Shown here piece after piece: positions 25,449 to 38,783 of a DNA stretch of 64,000 nt. Made by a program: the position numbers and the translations under genes. The DNA lies in contig NC_079239.1 in the NCBI RefSeq assembly GCF_027921745.1, forward strand, positions 1,798,001-1,862,000, read 5' to 3'. The stretch is from Schizosaccharomyces osmophilus. Its lineage: Eukaryota. Position 1 is the stretch's first letter. Every line of letters begins with the position of its first letter. The notes beneath the pieces are model-generated. The model was given only the letters and a program-made list of their open reading frames with translations, ran no database searches and was not told the origin of the DNA.

Positions 25449-26577
25449 CTAAACCATATACTTTTGGTATACACCAACGACCGAGTTGAAAACGACCAAA
25501 AGAATACCACCACCAGGGCCCAAACGAAGGACCTTGGGGATAAAGCCCTTGTAGATAGCAGTAAAGCCTTCTTCCCTAGTAATTGTAAAAAGAGCAGGAA
25601 AAGCCCAATTGTACTTGGGGACTTGACCGGCGATACGAGGAGCAGTTTGTACACGGGATTTGACGACATCAAATGGGGTACTCAGAAAAGTACCAAAGAC
25701 ACCACCGATAGTACCAGCAATAAGATTATTGCACATTTCACCAGTCTTATTCGTAGCGGGTTGAAGAGAACCACGGACCTTTTGAATAAGACCAAAGTAA
25801 CCAGCATTCCAAACGATGTGACGCCACATAGTTGCTTCGAAACCATTGTAAAGAGCCAATATACCTTCATGTTTAACCACCTTGGAGAGGCAATCAAATG
25901 TTCCATTGTACTTGGAAGCATTGTTGACGTCTTGAAGACGGATTTTCATTAATTCAAAGGGGACGACAACAAAAGATTCAGTGAAACCAGCACATGAACC
26001 AGTAAGTACGGAAAGGGCGGGTGTATTCTCTTTTCTTCCAAAAAAGTTGCGCCAGAATTTCCCATAGGCATCGTTGGAAGCGAATTTCAAAGCACGCTTG
26101 GGAGCTTCCATCATAACAGGAGGTAGGATTCCACGGTAAAGACGAGAAGCTCCTTCCTTTTGGACGATCTTCTTTAAGCAGTCAAAAGTTCCATTATACT
26201 CGGATTTTCCGACAGTCAACTGCATACGTGTTTTTACCACATCCAAGGGATACAAAGAAAGTACCTAGCAAGTTAGAGCAAGCCCTATAGACACCACAAA
26301 AGCACACAGTAGGGAAAAACTACAGTGTAAAGGCACCTTGAAATTTCTGACAGAAGAAAGTGAAGATTTGATATTGATGTAGCTCAGTTCACCCAAGTGT
26401 TTCAAACAGATGGGACATCTCTCCTCAGATTATAATCCTGTATAGGTCCACTATCCTACTTCACCATCAGACTATCTGTTTGCTATTGTGCTTTCATCGC
26501 AAATTACATACCTCAGAAATACCAGCAACAGCACCAGCGGTAAAAGTCACAGGGAATGGAATATCGTCAGAAGGCAT
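25449..26577 (-). CDS. odc1: Mitochondrial 2-oxoadipate/2-oxoglutarate carrier (Odc1/2, SLC25A21-like)
   Basis: Exon 26577-26512 (MPSDDIPFPVTFTAGAVAGISE), intron 26511-26265; three PxDxxKxR-type signatures; MEAPKRALKF, PKVLRLGPGGGILLVVF. Confidence 0.9.
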
Positions 26578-27120
26578 TTGGAAAGTTGGCTAAGTCCACC
26601 TTTCGAAAGCTGATGTCGAAGTGGTTGGAAGAAGTCAAGTTAAGTGAGACTCGGGATGGGTGATCAAGTCCACACATTGATAAGACCCGTATGTTTCCGC
26701 AATTTGCCTTATGAAAACTGATAAGCGACGATGTCCTTAGTCTCTTTAAAGAAGAAAATTTCCTGCCTTATCGAGCAACATGTTACTTGAACATGTAAAC
26801 AAACCAATTCCAAGGTATGCGATAGAAGGATTTCTTTTAAGACTTTACGACACGAAAAGGTCGTAATAAAAAGGCTTTCTGTAGAATATAATTACAATAA
26901 TAATGTATTGTATGAAATTGAAATATTGACTTACTTTTAAACAGCTACAGCTTGGGAGCATGTTTTTTGGTAGAAAAATAACTGTGAGCTCAATGAAAAT
27001 TTTTGCAAGCTATCAAAGAAGTATGCTATTCCATAAACAAAAAATATAATTGAGAAACAAAAAAGGAAAACTTATTGTATGGAAGAAAGTGAATGAATAA
27101 AAGTAGAGGACGCGGAATTT

Positions 27121-28614
27121 TTAGGTTGTTTTCTCTTTGATTGAGTTCCATAGACATAATAATGCAATCAACACCAACACGGCCAAACCCAAATTCATTG
27201 CAATGAAACCGACTGTTGTTATATTGTAAATGGCACCTCCCGTAATAGCGCCCACAGTGTCAGCCAAAGAGATACCGACTTGGACAACGATGCTCACCAA
27301 GATTTGAAATTTAGGGTGAAGCTGCTTGGAGGAAAGAGACATAAACGGAGCAGCGCCAACACCAAAACCAAAGGTCATTAGAGAATAAATAACAAAGTAT
27401 GGCTGAACAGGAAGCTTGTGCACAGCATCTAAAATCAAATGCACGACGAGAGCTATAGTTCCCAATAAAACACCAAGTAACATAATTTGGCGATCTTCAA
27501 GCCATCTGGATAAGAGCGTGCTAAACAGAATAAAAGGCGCTACGACGAGCGAGGAAAGTGCTAAGAAATTACCTGTTTGAAAGGGATTGTAGTCGTACGC
27601 TCTACTCGCATAAATAGGAATACTTGTTTGGTATCCCATGACGGTAAAATAACAAGAGAAAGCGGCTAAAAACAGGAAGACCACAAAACATTTTTGTACA
27701 AATGACAAGCGGATTCCTCGACCTTGATTTGCTTCCGCTCTTTGAGTTAGATCCCTGTTATTTACTGGTAAGACCTCTTTGAAAAACAGTTTCAAAAATA
27801 CCATATACACAGCCCATGCAATCAACATAAACCAGGAGCCAGCGGTGTATTCATTCCAGTAGAGATTTTTACTGTTTCGGGATGCTTTAGCCAAGACACC
27901 TCCTATAAAAGCACCTGACATGAAACCCAAAGTTTGAGCAAGGATATTCAAAGTCGAAAGAAAGGTTGATCGGTTCCTTCCGACAAATTCCTTGTCGGCT
28001 AAATACTTTTTGTGGTACAAAAACATCGTAAACCCAATACCGTTAAACATACGTCCAATCAAAATTAAATAGACCCAATGAGCACGATATGCCAAGCTGT
28101 ATAGCATGTGCCCAATAATTTGTGAAAAGCAAGATATAAGCAAGGGTCGGAAATAGAGCGTATACCCATGAGCAGATTTTGGATTTGCGAAAAGAAGCAT
28201 TGGGTACATAAATGCTAACGAAACAAGGGTTGGAATACCAATTACAAGACCGGAAAATGCGTCCGTTCCACCCAGGTATTGTGTATACGCTGCTGAAATC
28301 GGTAAGGCTGTAGTTGCAGTCATTTCGCACATAAGGTTGTTGATTAATATAAAAGCAATTGAGCGCTTTGGAGGAAGCATATTTGGGTCTTCTTCAAAAT
28401 AGTACATTCCAGCTTCAGTTGTGGTTGAAACCTCCTCGACCTGCGTTTGCTTTTGCTTTTGCTTGTTTGGAAGTGTTTGCAACTCGATATTCTCAGCAAC
28501 AGGTTCCACATTTTCAATTCGACTGAAAGCAGATGCTCGTCTCGTTGGCATTGATCCGACCATATGCCGCCGATGGCTCAACAGAACCCCTTCATTCTCT
28601 TGCGAGTTTTCCAT
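27121..28614 (-). CDS. MFS membrane transporter, 497 aa, intronless
   Basis: About 12 hydrophobic segments; LILIGRMFNGIG and LSRWLEDRQIM MFS-type loops; ATG at 28614. Confidence 0.88.
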   Translation of the reverse strand: MENSQENEGVLLSHRRHMVGSMPTRRASAFSRIENVEPVAENIELQTLPNKQKQKQTQVEEVSTTTEAGMYYFEEDPNMLPPKRSIAFILINNLMCEMTATTALPISAAYTQYLGGTDAFSGLVIGIPTLVSLAFMYPMLLFANPKSAHGYTLYFRPLLISCFSQIIGHMLYSLAYRAHWVYLILIGRMFNGIGFTMFLYHKKYLADKEFVGRNRSTFLSTLNILAQTLGFMSGAFIGGVLAKASRNSKNLYWNEYTAGSWFMLIAWAVYMVFLKLFFKEVLPVNNRDLTQRAEANQGRGIRLSFVQKCFVVFLFLAAFSCYFTVMGYQTSIPIYASRAYDYNPFQTGNFLALSSLVVAPFILFSTLLSRWLEDRQIMLLGVLLGTIALVVHLILDAVHKLPVQPYFVIYSLMTFGFGVGAAPFMSLSSKQLHPKFQILVSIVVQVGISLADTVGAITGGAIYNITTVGFIAMNLGLAVLVLIALLCLWNSIKEKTT

Positions 28615-29543
28615 CTTTTCGTGAAATTGAAGTTTTCAATTGCTTACTTACTTGAAGACCCCAATTGGAGGCAATGATTTTAAATATTTTATACTTTGAT
28701 AAATTAGCTCTAATGATTAGAGAGCCTAGCTTCAAGTGCAAGATGATGGGTAAGCAAGAAGTAGAATTTTTTTTCACAAGTACAATTTTACACACATAGA
28801 TTGTCATTAGATATTTCCAAACGACATACCCGAAACGAAAACGTTATCTGCGATTAACAATATCAGATGTCGCTTAGAGTAAAAAAAGAGAAATGTAAAC
28901 AAACGATAAGGAGTTCATCAATTATCAGAATTCACTATTTTTATTTCTTCGTACTCTATTTGGAAAGACTTTTTGCTAACAGTGCTTGGTGTTGCGTTCA
29001 AAAAAGTTCCTTGAAAAGCATGTTTCCAACGTAGAAAACGAGCTGCGTATATTTAAAGACATAGAATAGTCCTTCATTGCCTTCTTTGGAGGTAAGCAAT
29101 GGTTATTTGATTATTTGCCTACACTTGAACCCAAGGCGTAAAGAACCCATCCAAAAGATATGCATACTATGCTACTAGTATGACAATTCTTCTTATTTTT
29201 CTTGTTACCTTTTCTAGAGATGTACTATACAAACAGAAAAGAGAAAATTTGGGAATTTTAAAAATAATGGAGCGGCCGTTCATTCCTTGAATATCAATAT
29301 CGTCTATGCCGTTTAAAACGATTGTGAAACCGACGATTCACTAGCAAATTTTGGCTTCCATAGTTCTTTCTACGAAAAAGGTGAGATTTTTTTTTTAACT
29401 TTTAGCTTTTCAGCTTTTGTTCTTGTTGTTGGTTTCTTCCCATCTTTGTTGGATTATCCTTTCTAAATGAAGCTGCAGTTAAGATACTTCCTCTATTGTT
29501 TTGTGAAATTTGATTGAAACCCTTTTTACTTCAAGTATATACA

Positions 29544-30438
29544 ATGGAAGAAGAGCTTGTGCTTTTGCGAAAAGGTATTGCGTAGATCAACAACTAAAAG
29601 ATTTCGTCAAATACTAACAACGAAATAACCTAGAGTTTTTGCAACGAATATATCACGACAAGCCAGGAGCGGATGCTACTCGGGAGGAGAAAGCGAAATG
29701 GTTTGAGAGTCGATCCGAGGAGGTCTCAAAAATGACTAACATACTCAATGAAGACAAAGAACAGTTGGCACCCTATGACAGGATGAAATATATGGATCAA
29801 CTCTCTGACTTGATCGTACGGTTACATGAAACACGTTCTGAAATCCTACCTCGTCCTCCTTTTCGTTTCCATCGATCCAACCATGTGCAGCAGCAAACAA
29901 AATCAATCACTGGCAAGCAAATACGTGAAGATACAAAGCTCAAACGATTCGAAAATGAGACTCTTTTCTTGTCAAATCTGTCCAACGAAACCGTAGATGG
30001 TAATTTTTTCGATAATCAAGAGCAAAGGCCAATCAAGTTAATTGTACAAGGCTTAAGAGGATGCAATGTTCACATTCCAAGCTGTTCTACTGTTCACATC
30101 AATGAGTCAAATGACTGTACCTTTCACTTTCGCAACATTCAAGGATCCCTCCATATTTCTCAGTTAATAAACTCTCGGTTATATGCCTCTAGTCACCAGG
30201 TAAGGTTTCTTCGACACTTGGAAATTCCTCTTTTCTTCTTTTTTTTTTGTGGTTTCGCTAACAAAGCTAGTTTCGGCTACATGAATCCAATCATCTCTCT
30301 ATTGAATTGCACTGCCAAACTTCGCCTGTTTTAGAGGGCTGTAATAATATCATCTTCAAGAATCCTAGTGCACATCCCATTTTGGATTTTTCTTGGGCTC
30401 GACCTGAACCATCCCCCAATTATCAAATAAGGTCATAA
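29544..30438 (+). CDS. tbc1: Tubulin-folding cofactor C (Tbc1), 2 introns
   Basis: N-terminal LAPYDRMKY helix bundle; C-CAP beta-helix ..SHQ|FRLHES..TSPVLEGC..ILDFSWARPEPSPNY. Confidence 0.88.
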
Positions 30439-31393
30439 TCTTTGTCACCAAGCACAGCATATTTCCGTTAGACGAACCCCACTAAGCTCTTTACCCTCTA
30501 CTTGTTCGTTAGGAAACTCTCTTCGTAAAGTAGGAGTCTTCAAGAACAAACCGTTACCGTCTTTGTCATGAAAGTCATTCTTTTCAATACATTCTATTCC
30601 AATCAGTGTCTTGGACCATCTCCCTAAAGCTTTCTATCTTCATTTTCTCAAAAACTAAACAGAAAGAGCAATCGTTCAGCAACCTCCATCTCTTTCAGTT
30701 TTCTATGTTTTGAATTTATTTGAATTTTATTTATTTATTTCCTATGCAAAACACAATCACATCTCTTGCCTATTGTTTTTTGATAAGAACTAAGAACAAA
30801 AAGTGTAAATAAAGGAACGACCAGCATGTAACATGTAGCACTTCGTAGTCTCATAATAGCCACAAAGAGTGCTTTGTTCAGCGAAGACATTACGGTGCAA
30901 AAGAATATGAGCATATAACGAAATACTATATGTTGAAGCTTTGATTCATACGAAAAGTAAACAAGACACAAAGTAAACAAAATAGAAAATATAAACTATC
31001 TTCAAAGGCGATTCAACAAAAGAAACCGATAGATTTCAAGAATTCTCTATTGGAACGTTAAAGACCGAACATACAGATTAAAATCGGAATCTTGGTCGTA
31101 AATTCTATTTTTTTTATCGATCTACCAAACAGGTATTGAACAGCGTACATGCCATCTTTAATGAGAGAACCAAAACAGGTGACATTACTAATCAGAACCT
31201 CCTTATGATTATATGCCATCAGAAAGATCACCTGTTACTTAAGCGATTTCCAAATAATTTCAAAGGTACTTTCGACAGTTCCTTAACCATTTCAGAAGCT
31301 TCCAGTCATTACCAGAAAGAATTGCTGCACACCAACTCATATTTTGAAAATTGCATTACAACTGTGTAACATAATTGATAATTTTAAAAATCC

Positions 31394-32399
31394 ATGGCAA
31401 ACGAAGTACAGGTATTTGAACTGTAGCTTATGTGAAAATGATAGATTCTAACTGACTTTCCATTTAGCCGCACACCGAAACAGTGGAAATCAATTCCTTT
31501 CAACATACATCTTCTGGTAGAAATGTTCTTTCTGCAGCTTTTCATCCGCCAGAGGATGATATTGAATCCGATGAAAGAGCTCCTTTATATCAAAATCCAC
31601 GACACTCTACAGACACAGAACCAGATGCTGTAGAATCAGAAACTCATCTTTCTTCTGAAAATATATCCTCAGATGGAAGATCCCCGCATTCACCACATGC
31701 TGCTTCAAGTTCAACTTCCCGTCAACCCAGAACCCACTATGTCGACAGCGTCTTTTCCAACCTTTCTGCTAAACCAACTGCAGAGCCTGAAAAAGAGAAC
31801 GAAGAACCTCCTGTAAGTTAACTATCCTTTTACTTTCGTGGGCAGTCTTTTCATGTTCATGATTGTTATTTGATATAAAAAAAGCTCGTCGTGAAAATAG
31901 GGAAATGAGTATTAACTACTTTTAGACCTATGAAGAAGTTGCAGCTGATATTGCGCCGCCTTATTGGGACACCACAATGGTGGTTCCGAGCTTTGGAACC
32001 AACGAAATTTACATCGATGGAATGACGGTTGGTTCACCAATTGCCTTTTTTTGGAGTGCTCTAGTATCTTTTATATTTCCTTTCGTGGGCTTTCTTGTCA
32101 CTTACGTTTTGTCTGCGACCCATTCCGGTCGCTACGGATCGCAGATCGGCTTGACCATGACCCTATTGCAAAGAGGATACAATATGGTGGTTGAAAGTGG
32201 AATGCTGCAAAATGATGGTAACGATGTTTCAGATGATTCTGATGAATTACCACACCAAAAGTTGATAGGTTGCATTCTTTTAATAACCGGTTGGTGTTTT
32301 TTCTTAGTAGACACTATTAATTTTATTCGCATCCGCCGGACAAAGAATGCTATCCAACAAACAAATCCCGAAAATGTGGCGCCTGAAGCTATTGTTTAA
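31394..32399 (+). CDS. bsd2: Bsd2/DUF2370 metal-homeostasis Nedd4-family adaptor, 2 introns
   Basis: [32 protein letters not shown] (PY motifs), [31 protein letters not shown]; 3 TM segments. Confidence 0.9.
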
Positions 32400-32831
32400 T
32401 GTTCACCATACTCATTCGAGAATTCTACTCACATTTTTCGTTTTGCATCCCCCTTCTTCTTCCTATTCCATCCTATTTCTATTTAAGTTATAATTGTTGT
32501 TTCGTTGTCCTTGAGGTTGTTTTCAACGGTTTTTTTACGACTTTATCAGTGCCGATACCTGAATTGGGTAATCATGGAATTTAATCCCTCATGTACTATA
32601 TATATGTTTTTTTCTTTTATTTATAAGCTTAACTAGAATACATACGTTCATAATGGCTTAATGAGGATACAGATTGGCACATAAGAAATAATTATATTGA
32701 AAAGTAATTGTTTGAAGTAAAATTCAATAACATTGTCCCTCTTGTGTTAGTAAATATAGCATATAAACTGTCATAAATAATTTCTAACATCTCTGACTTT
32801 AAACTTCAAAATTTAAGAAATTACGCTCATT

Positions 32832-35800
32832 TTATTTGAGATTCTCGTTTGAAAAATCTAGATTGCGAGAGAGACACTCAATTATATGTCTGCAGTCTTT
32901 CCTTACATACTAGATTAGAGTTAGTATATACTCAATTAAGGACTTTAAAATTATTCACTTACCGTTAACATATAAGGATTAGCGGTATTTCCCGTAGTGT
33001 CTGCAAAAACCTCACTCTCGTCAACCTCTGTAACATATTCATCATTGTACTTTCGAAAAACATCGGTGTCCAGATCACGCATATATGTCCAGTAATGTCC
33101 AAACGTTGCCTGTCCTCGATGAATGAAAACAGCTAAAAGGTCATAACTATGTTTTAAATGGTCGTCAAACAAATGCATTCTCTCTTCTTGCTTTTGCTGT
33201 TCTTCCTGTGCCAACGCTTCAAGCTCCATTTTAATTTTCTCGGTCTCCTCTTGAAGAAGCTGCGGCAACATTTTGCTTATAGGCAATCGCGAATTTTTCT
33301 GATAATCAGCCCAAGTTGAAAGTGTTGTCAATGTGTCTACTGACGATAACAGTTGTGAATTCGTAGTCATCAAAAATTTTCGACGATGTTGCAATTCACC
33401 AATTTTTTGTTTCATATTCCAATATTTTTCCAACAAAGGTGCCATTTCTCCGTTTTCATCTTCCACATAGTGATCCATGTGCAACTCTTTCCCGAATTCA
33501 ACGTAGGCATTAGACTTAAACGGTTGGCCGGTAGAACGATCAAACTGTACCCGTTGGATTTGTAGTTGTAAAATCATCGGAAGTTCTTTAATACATAAAG
33601 AACGTTTAGTAGTTTCGTTGCCTAAGTCGAGCGTTACTGTCTCAAAAACGCCATCCAAAACATCATATAAGGTTTGCCGCTCTTTGTACAAGTCGACAAT
33701 CAAATGCGAATACAACTCTTCACCTGATCGAGTTCCTTGACTATCATCATGTAATGTCTGCTTTGTTTTACCATAAAATAGTCGTCGAATTAAATCTTCA
33801 TCTGAACTATCTGTTCCTTCATCATTCTTCGTTGGACCTAAAGAAACCTCAATTTGAAATAGAACATGATCGATGCATTCAGCAACATCCTGCTGGCGTC
33901 CCAAATCCAAAGACGAATTTATCTCTTCTTCTGATATATCAAAGTAAGGCATTTGCGTATCTTCATCATTATTTAAAGGAGCCAAATTGATTAAATCCGA
34001 TGTAGAAGTCGAGCCACTAATGTTTGAAGGAGCGCCAGTTTGTTCGCTCTGTTGATGAATTTCTGTATAAGTATTGTTTGATTCCATCGGGTGAATTACG
34101 GAAGAGGATGTTGAATTAACCTGTTCCATAGTTAACGGGATTAAAGCCAAATACGCCAGTTTCGATGATGGAAGGATAGATGAACTTTTCGTGGTAATAA
34201 GCTGTTGAAAAAGAGAACGAAGCTCATAGGTGAACTGCAAAGCGCGTAAAAATTCAATACGATTTACGCTACGGCCACCAACCTTTTTAATAGCTTCTCT
34301 CGTTTTTATCATAGAAACATCTTTATTGTGATTAATTTCCAAGACTGCATCACGAAGAGGTTTAATGATAAAATAGTACTGGAGCAAGGAATTCAGATAA
34401 CAAAAATTCCCTGTGTTTTCCAATCCTACAGGAACGTTTAAATTGGGTGGCTCCTCAGGAAGGTCAAGGTTGCCATGTTCCAAAAAGTGCATTATCAGCT
34501 TTGAATTCCTAGATTCGCCAATGCATTTTAATGCCGACTTCAAACGGTCTGATCTCTCTGGTTGATCCTCAACAGCAAAAGTATAAACATTTATTAACAT
34601 ATCATCTGACACGTCACGGTCCTGAACTGCAAGTGATTCATAAGCGTCGTCAGTGGTCATAACAGTGTCAGGAACCTGAGGAAGATAAGAAGGGTCTTGA
34701 GATGCTAAAAACTCATATAAAACGGGACTATTTCTTTCCTCGGCAATGCACTTGATTGCTTCCATTGCCTTTGAAGAATCATCTTCAGACTTGACCAGGG
34801 CAACAGAAGCTATCATACCATCCTCAGTATCTGGACTGATTCCAAGCCAATTATAAGCCTCTTGGACATTGTAGAATATTGCATATGTAGAACGAAGATA
34901 TTCCAAAAGTCCTTTACTATTTCTAGCACAAGCGACTGTTTCCAAATTCTCGCGCTGAACTCTTATCGATTCAGGGTGTTTTTGTATACTATTCCAGAAA
35001 GTATCTAATATATGCTTGTCCGTATATTTGAAGTTTTGGGCTAAAGCGGAAACCTCTGTTTCCAAAGAAAGAGAAGTATAAGCAGATTGTATAGCATCAC
35101 TGGAGACGAGACCAACTTTTTTTTCGAGCTGAAGCTGATTTTTCAACAAAGAAGTTTTTCTAAGGTTATAAATATGTGCGAAAGCATCTACGTAAATTCT
35201 TGCATTATCCGGGTCGTTTTCTTTTTGTTTGTGATAGAAAAAACAAACTAATTCATCAGGGTAATCATTCGTAACACCAAGAGCAATGAAAGCGGGGTCA
35301 TCGGGCAAAGAAGCATTGTTCTGATGAAAAATAGAAGTGTACATGGGAGCAACGCTATTATATGCAGGAACATTTAAAGCGGAGATTAAATAAGGACGGG
35401 CTAACTTTGCGGTTGCATTTGGACTGGGAACAAGAGAATCTTTCGATCCTTCCCGGTAGTTATTTGCCAATATAATAAGCTCATTCCGAGCCAATGTTAA
35501 GTTTATTCTTTGCTCATTAGATAAAGGTTCGCTTGCTATGCTTGGAACAAAATTTGTATTTTCAGAATTAAAGTGAAATGAGAGAATGTTCATAAGTTTT
35601 TGAATGTGAGGCCCTCTACCAACGTGTTTCTCAAAGGTACCTTCCGGCGCAGCACTAATAGAGCGATGATCATTATTGAATAACACATTGCGAAGGAACA
35701 ACTCCAGGGAAGAAAAAGTTGTATAGAGAGAAGGAGAAGATTGCGATACTTGTTGTTGAGATGCAGGCTTTTTTGAAAGTAAAGAAGCAAAGGAAGGTCG

Positions 35801-36271
35801 ACGAGAGTCTATGATGTCCTTGATGCATGAGGCATCCAAATAGCTGTTTCTCCATTCAACTTTGACGGTTATCTTTCCATCTTCAGACTTCCATTGCCTA
35901 GACAGTTCCGATAAATCGGGGACATTCTTCTCTACATGTTCATTAAACTGCTCTGCTTCTTTTACCAAACAATACGCGACTATTTGCTCTGGCGGGGTAA
36001 ACTCCACCTCGGGTTCTATTATGTGAGGATAATCAACTTCCTTTTGTATTTGTACACGAATATGCTTTCGGGTTTTCTGGCAAACGCACCAGAAGTCATA
36101 AGGATTCTGCTCAACAGAATCAACAGAGGAAAAATGCAATTGCCAAAGATATCTGGCATTGTGTGGACTCCAAGGATTATTCCAATCCTTTGAAGATCCG
36201 TCAAAGACGTCTAAATCCTGTATTAATCGATTCGGACTTTTCCTAATGTTAAGCCCTTGCATATCTGCCAT
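32832..36271 (-). CDS. ubp2: Ubiquitin C-terminal hydrolase Ubp2
   Basis: Cys box PVGLENTGNFCYLNSLLQYYF, QQDVAEC, His box VFIHRGQATFGHYW; short terminal intron near 32962-32910 then YVRKD..NLK*. Confidence 0.95.
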
Positions 36272-37001
36272 TCAGTTTTACTAATAAATATTCAAGTTTT
36301 TGCCGACACGAAATATAATATTTTAATGCAACAATAGCAGAGATCTTGAAGAGAAAAAGAAAGAACTTATAATAGTGGGATTGGAAGATATTGATTTAGG
36401 GCTGGGTTTTACTGCATCATCTACTTTATGTACTCTAAGATAATATAAGAAAAACATAATAGTATAGAAACTCGTATTATATTATATAAATAATTTAAAT
36501 CCTTTAAAGATTTAATCTTTAGCAGTAAAAAGCATTGAAGTAGTGATAACAAACATCAATATATATAAATGAACAAAAAAAAAGCGACGGCAAACGAAGG
36601 ACGCAAGCAGAAAAAGAGGATACTGATCTCGCCTTTAGAAAGGTAACAGAATTGTTTACGAGAGAAAGCACATAAAGTATCATAAAAAATAAGAAAAGCG
36701 CCAATAACAAACAAAGAATTAAAAGAATTGTTATGTACAGTTCCCAAAACGTATTTTACGAAATGAAAACCTTGAGCTCTGTTTTACGAAGAACAAACTG
36801 ATATTAAGTGATAGTCAAAACAGTGCAGAATTGGGAATCTCCAAAACAAGATTATACAATACGCTAACTCAATAGCAGCCATTATCGTAAAAGACTAATA
36901 GCTTAAACGTTGCTCTAGACAAGTCCTAAATAATTTTTCAAAGAAACCGTTTAATGACGAATTATCAAATAACAAGGCGCTTAGATTTTTGTGAAACACG
37001 A

Positions 37002-38783
37002 TTAAGAGTCTCCATTCGTACGGAGCGAAGAAAGTAGTTCAAAATCCTTTACCGCTTCGTTGGACGGTGAAATTTGCTGAGTGTTGTTTACCGTATTGTC
37101 AACAATCGGCGGTGTAGAGACGTTTGGCGGTAGATCAGAAGCCGTCATAGGAACAGGCATATAACTGAGCATAGGACTGACATACGAATGTGAAGTCATA
37201 GGAGAATTCGATGTAGAAATAGGGATAATAGGAGAAGGGTAAGTCACCGGAGCCGTCGCCAGGGTGGGGATCATACTTGGTAATAGAGGGTTCGCCGGCT
37301 GACCATAACGAACATACGAAACTTGTAAGTGTCTTCCACCATACTGAGAACCGTTCAAATTCTCGATAGCATCAGCGGCTTCATGCTCCTTCTCGTATTC
37401 TACGACACCGTAGCCTCTGGAATAACCGTTCGATTCATGAGCAATTTTTGCTTGTACAACGTTGCCAACGCTACCAAAAAGATTAAACAAGTCTTGATTA
37501 ACGGTGGCCCATGGCAACTAAATTGGTTAGCATAATAAATAACTTATAAAATACATACGTTACCAACGTAGACTCGGTTTGATGGGGAGCCGTATGAGAA
37601 GGCATTATCCACAAGCTCATCTATTGCTGGTGGCATACCAACCATGGTTGGCATGTACAGCGGATTATTCATCATAGAGGAAGCATCATGAGAATAACTA
37701 GGGAAGCCAACGCCACGTACAGGGTATGAATTATTTTTATTCTTGGCAAAACGATCCAAACGAACTTCAAGTGTACGACCCATGTAGGCAGTGTTGTTTA
37801 GCATTTCGATAGCGTCATGTGCGTCTTTTGCAGAGCTCATAAGGACGATTCCTATACCACGGGAACGACCATCCTGGTTCATTTGCACGTCGGCACGAAC
37901 AACGGTTCCAACCTGCCGGAATAAGTCCTTCAGATCCTGCCAACGGACAGAATAGGGAAGCTGTAAACTATTTAGCAACACAAAAAAGCATTTTTCAGCG
38001 TACGTTTCCTACAAATAACTGCCGGCCAACATCATTTCCTCGATCAAGCAGATGCCCATGAGACAATGCACGAGAGCCAAACTTGGGTTCTTGCTCACGA
38101 TCCTGATGCGAGTTAGCAAATAGTAATTATGGATGTAGATTCCGTAAACGCGGATCACCAATCCTAGATATAGAAACCTATAAAGCACATACTTCTCGAA
38201 CGTAAATGAGGCGGCCCATATACTCTTTGTTGCTAAGGGTTTCCACTGCTCTTTGTGCTTCCTCACTGGTCGAGTACTCTATGATACCACAACCCTAAAC
38301 TTGTAAGCTATCTTTATACATCCTAGTATCGCAACGAAATCATAACTAAGATTCATAGACAGTACCCACTAGTGTTATACCGTCACTGTTTATAGCATTG
38401 TGTGTGACATACCTTTGATAGACCATTCGGTAAATTTAAGATTTCCGCATACAGTACATGACCAGCTTGTTTCATAAAATCTTTCAATTCATACCATCGA
38501 ACTTGGTAGGAAAGGTTTCCGACGTATACACGACGTTCCTGCTGACTGTTTTGTTTCCCAGTGACCAAATGTGGATCTTTTAGAGGAATTTCTTCATCGT
38601 GATAACTTCCTCGTTTTCGCATCCCGCTGACATCTCCGTATATTCTTGGAGACATTGATCTTTCACGGTCCGTTGCCGGCAATGTCTGATTCGGTACATA
38701 TGATGGATTTGTTCCAGTCTAATTTCGTTAGCCTCTCCTATTAAATTTCAAACAGCCATTACCCATTCCATTTGTCCAGGCAT
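37002..38783 (-). CDS. hrb1: Triple-RRM Gbp2/Hrb1-type RNA-binding protein, 5 introns
   Basis: [57 protein letters not shown]; splice signals in frame from ATG 38783. Confidence 0.85.

Noticed and set aside
26340..26500. TPP riboswitch or C/D snoRNA in the odc1 intron (GGGTG..CTGAG, several CTGA)
   Set aside because: The TPP P4/P5 consensus is missing; there is no clean RTGATGA box and the rRNA complementarity is only ~7 nt.
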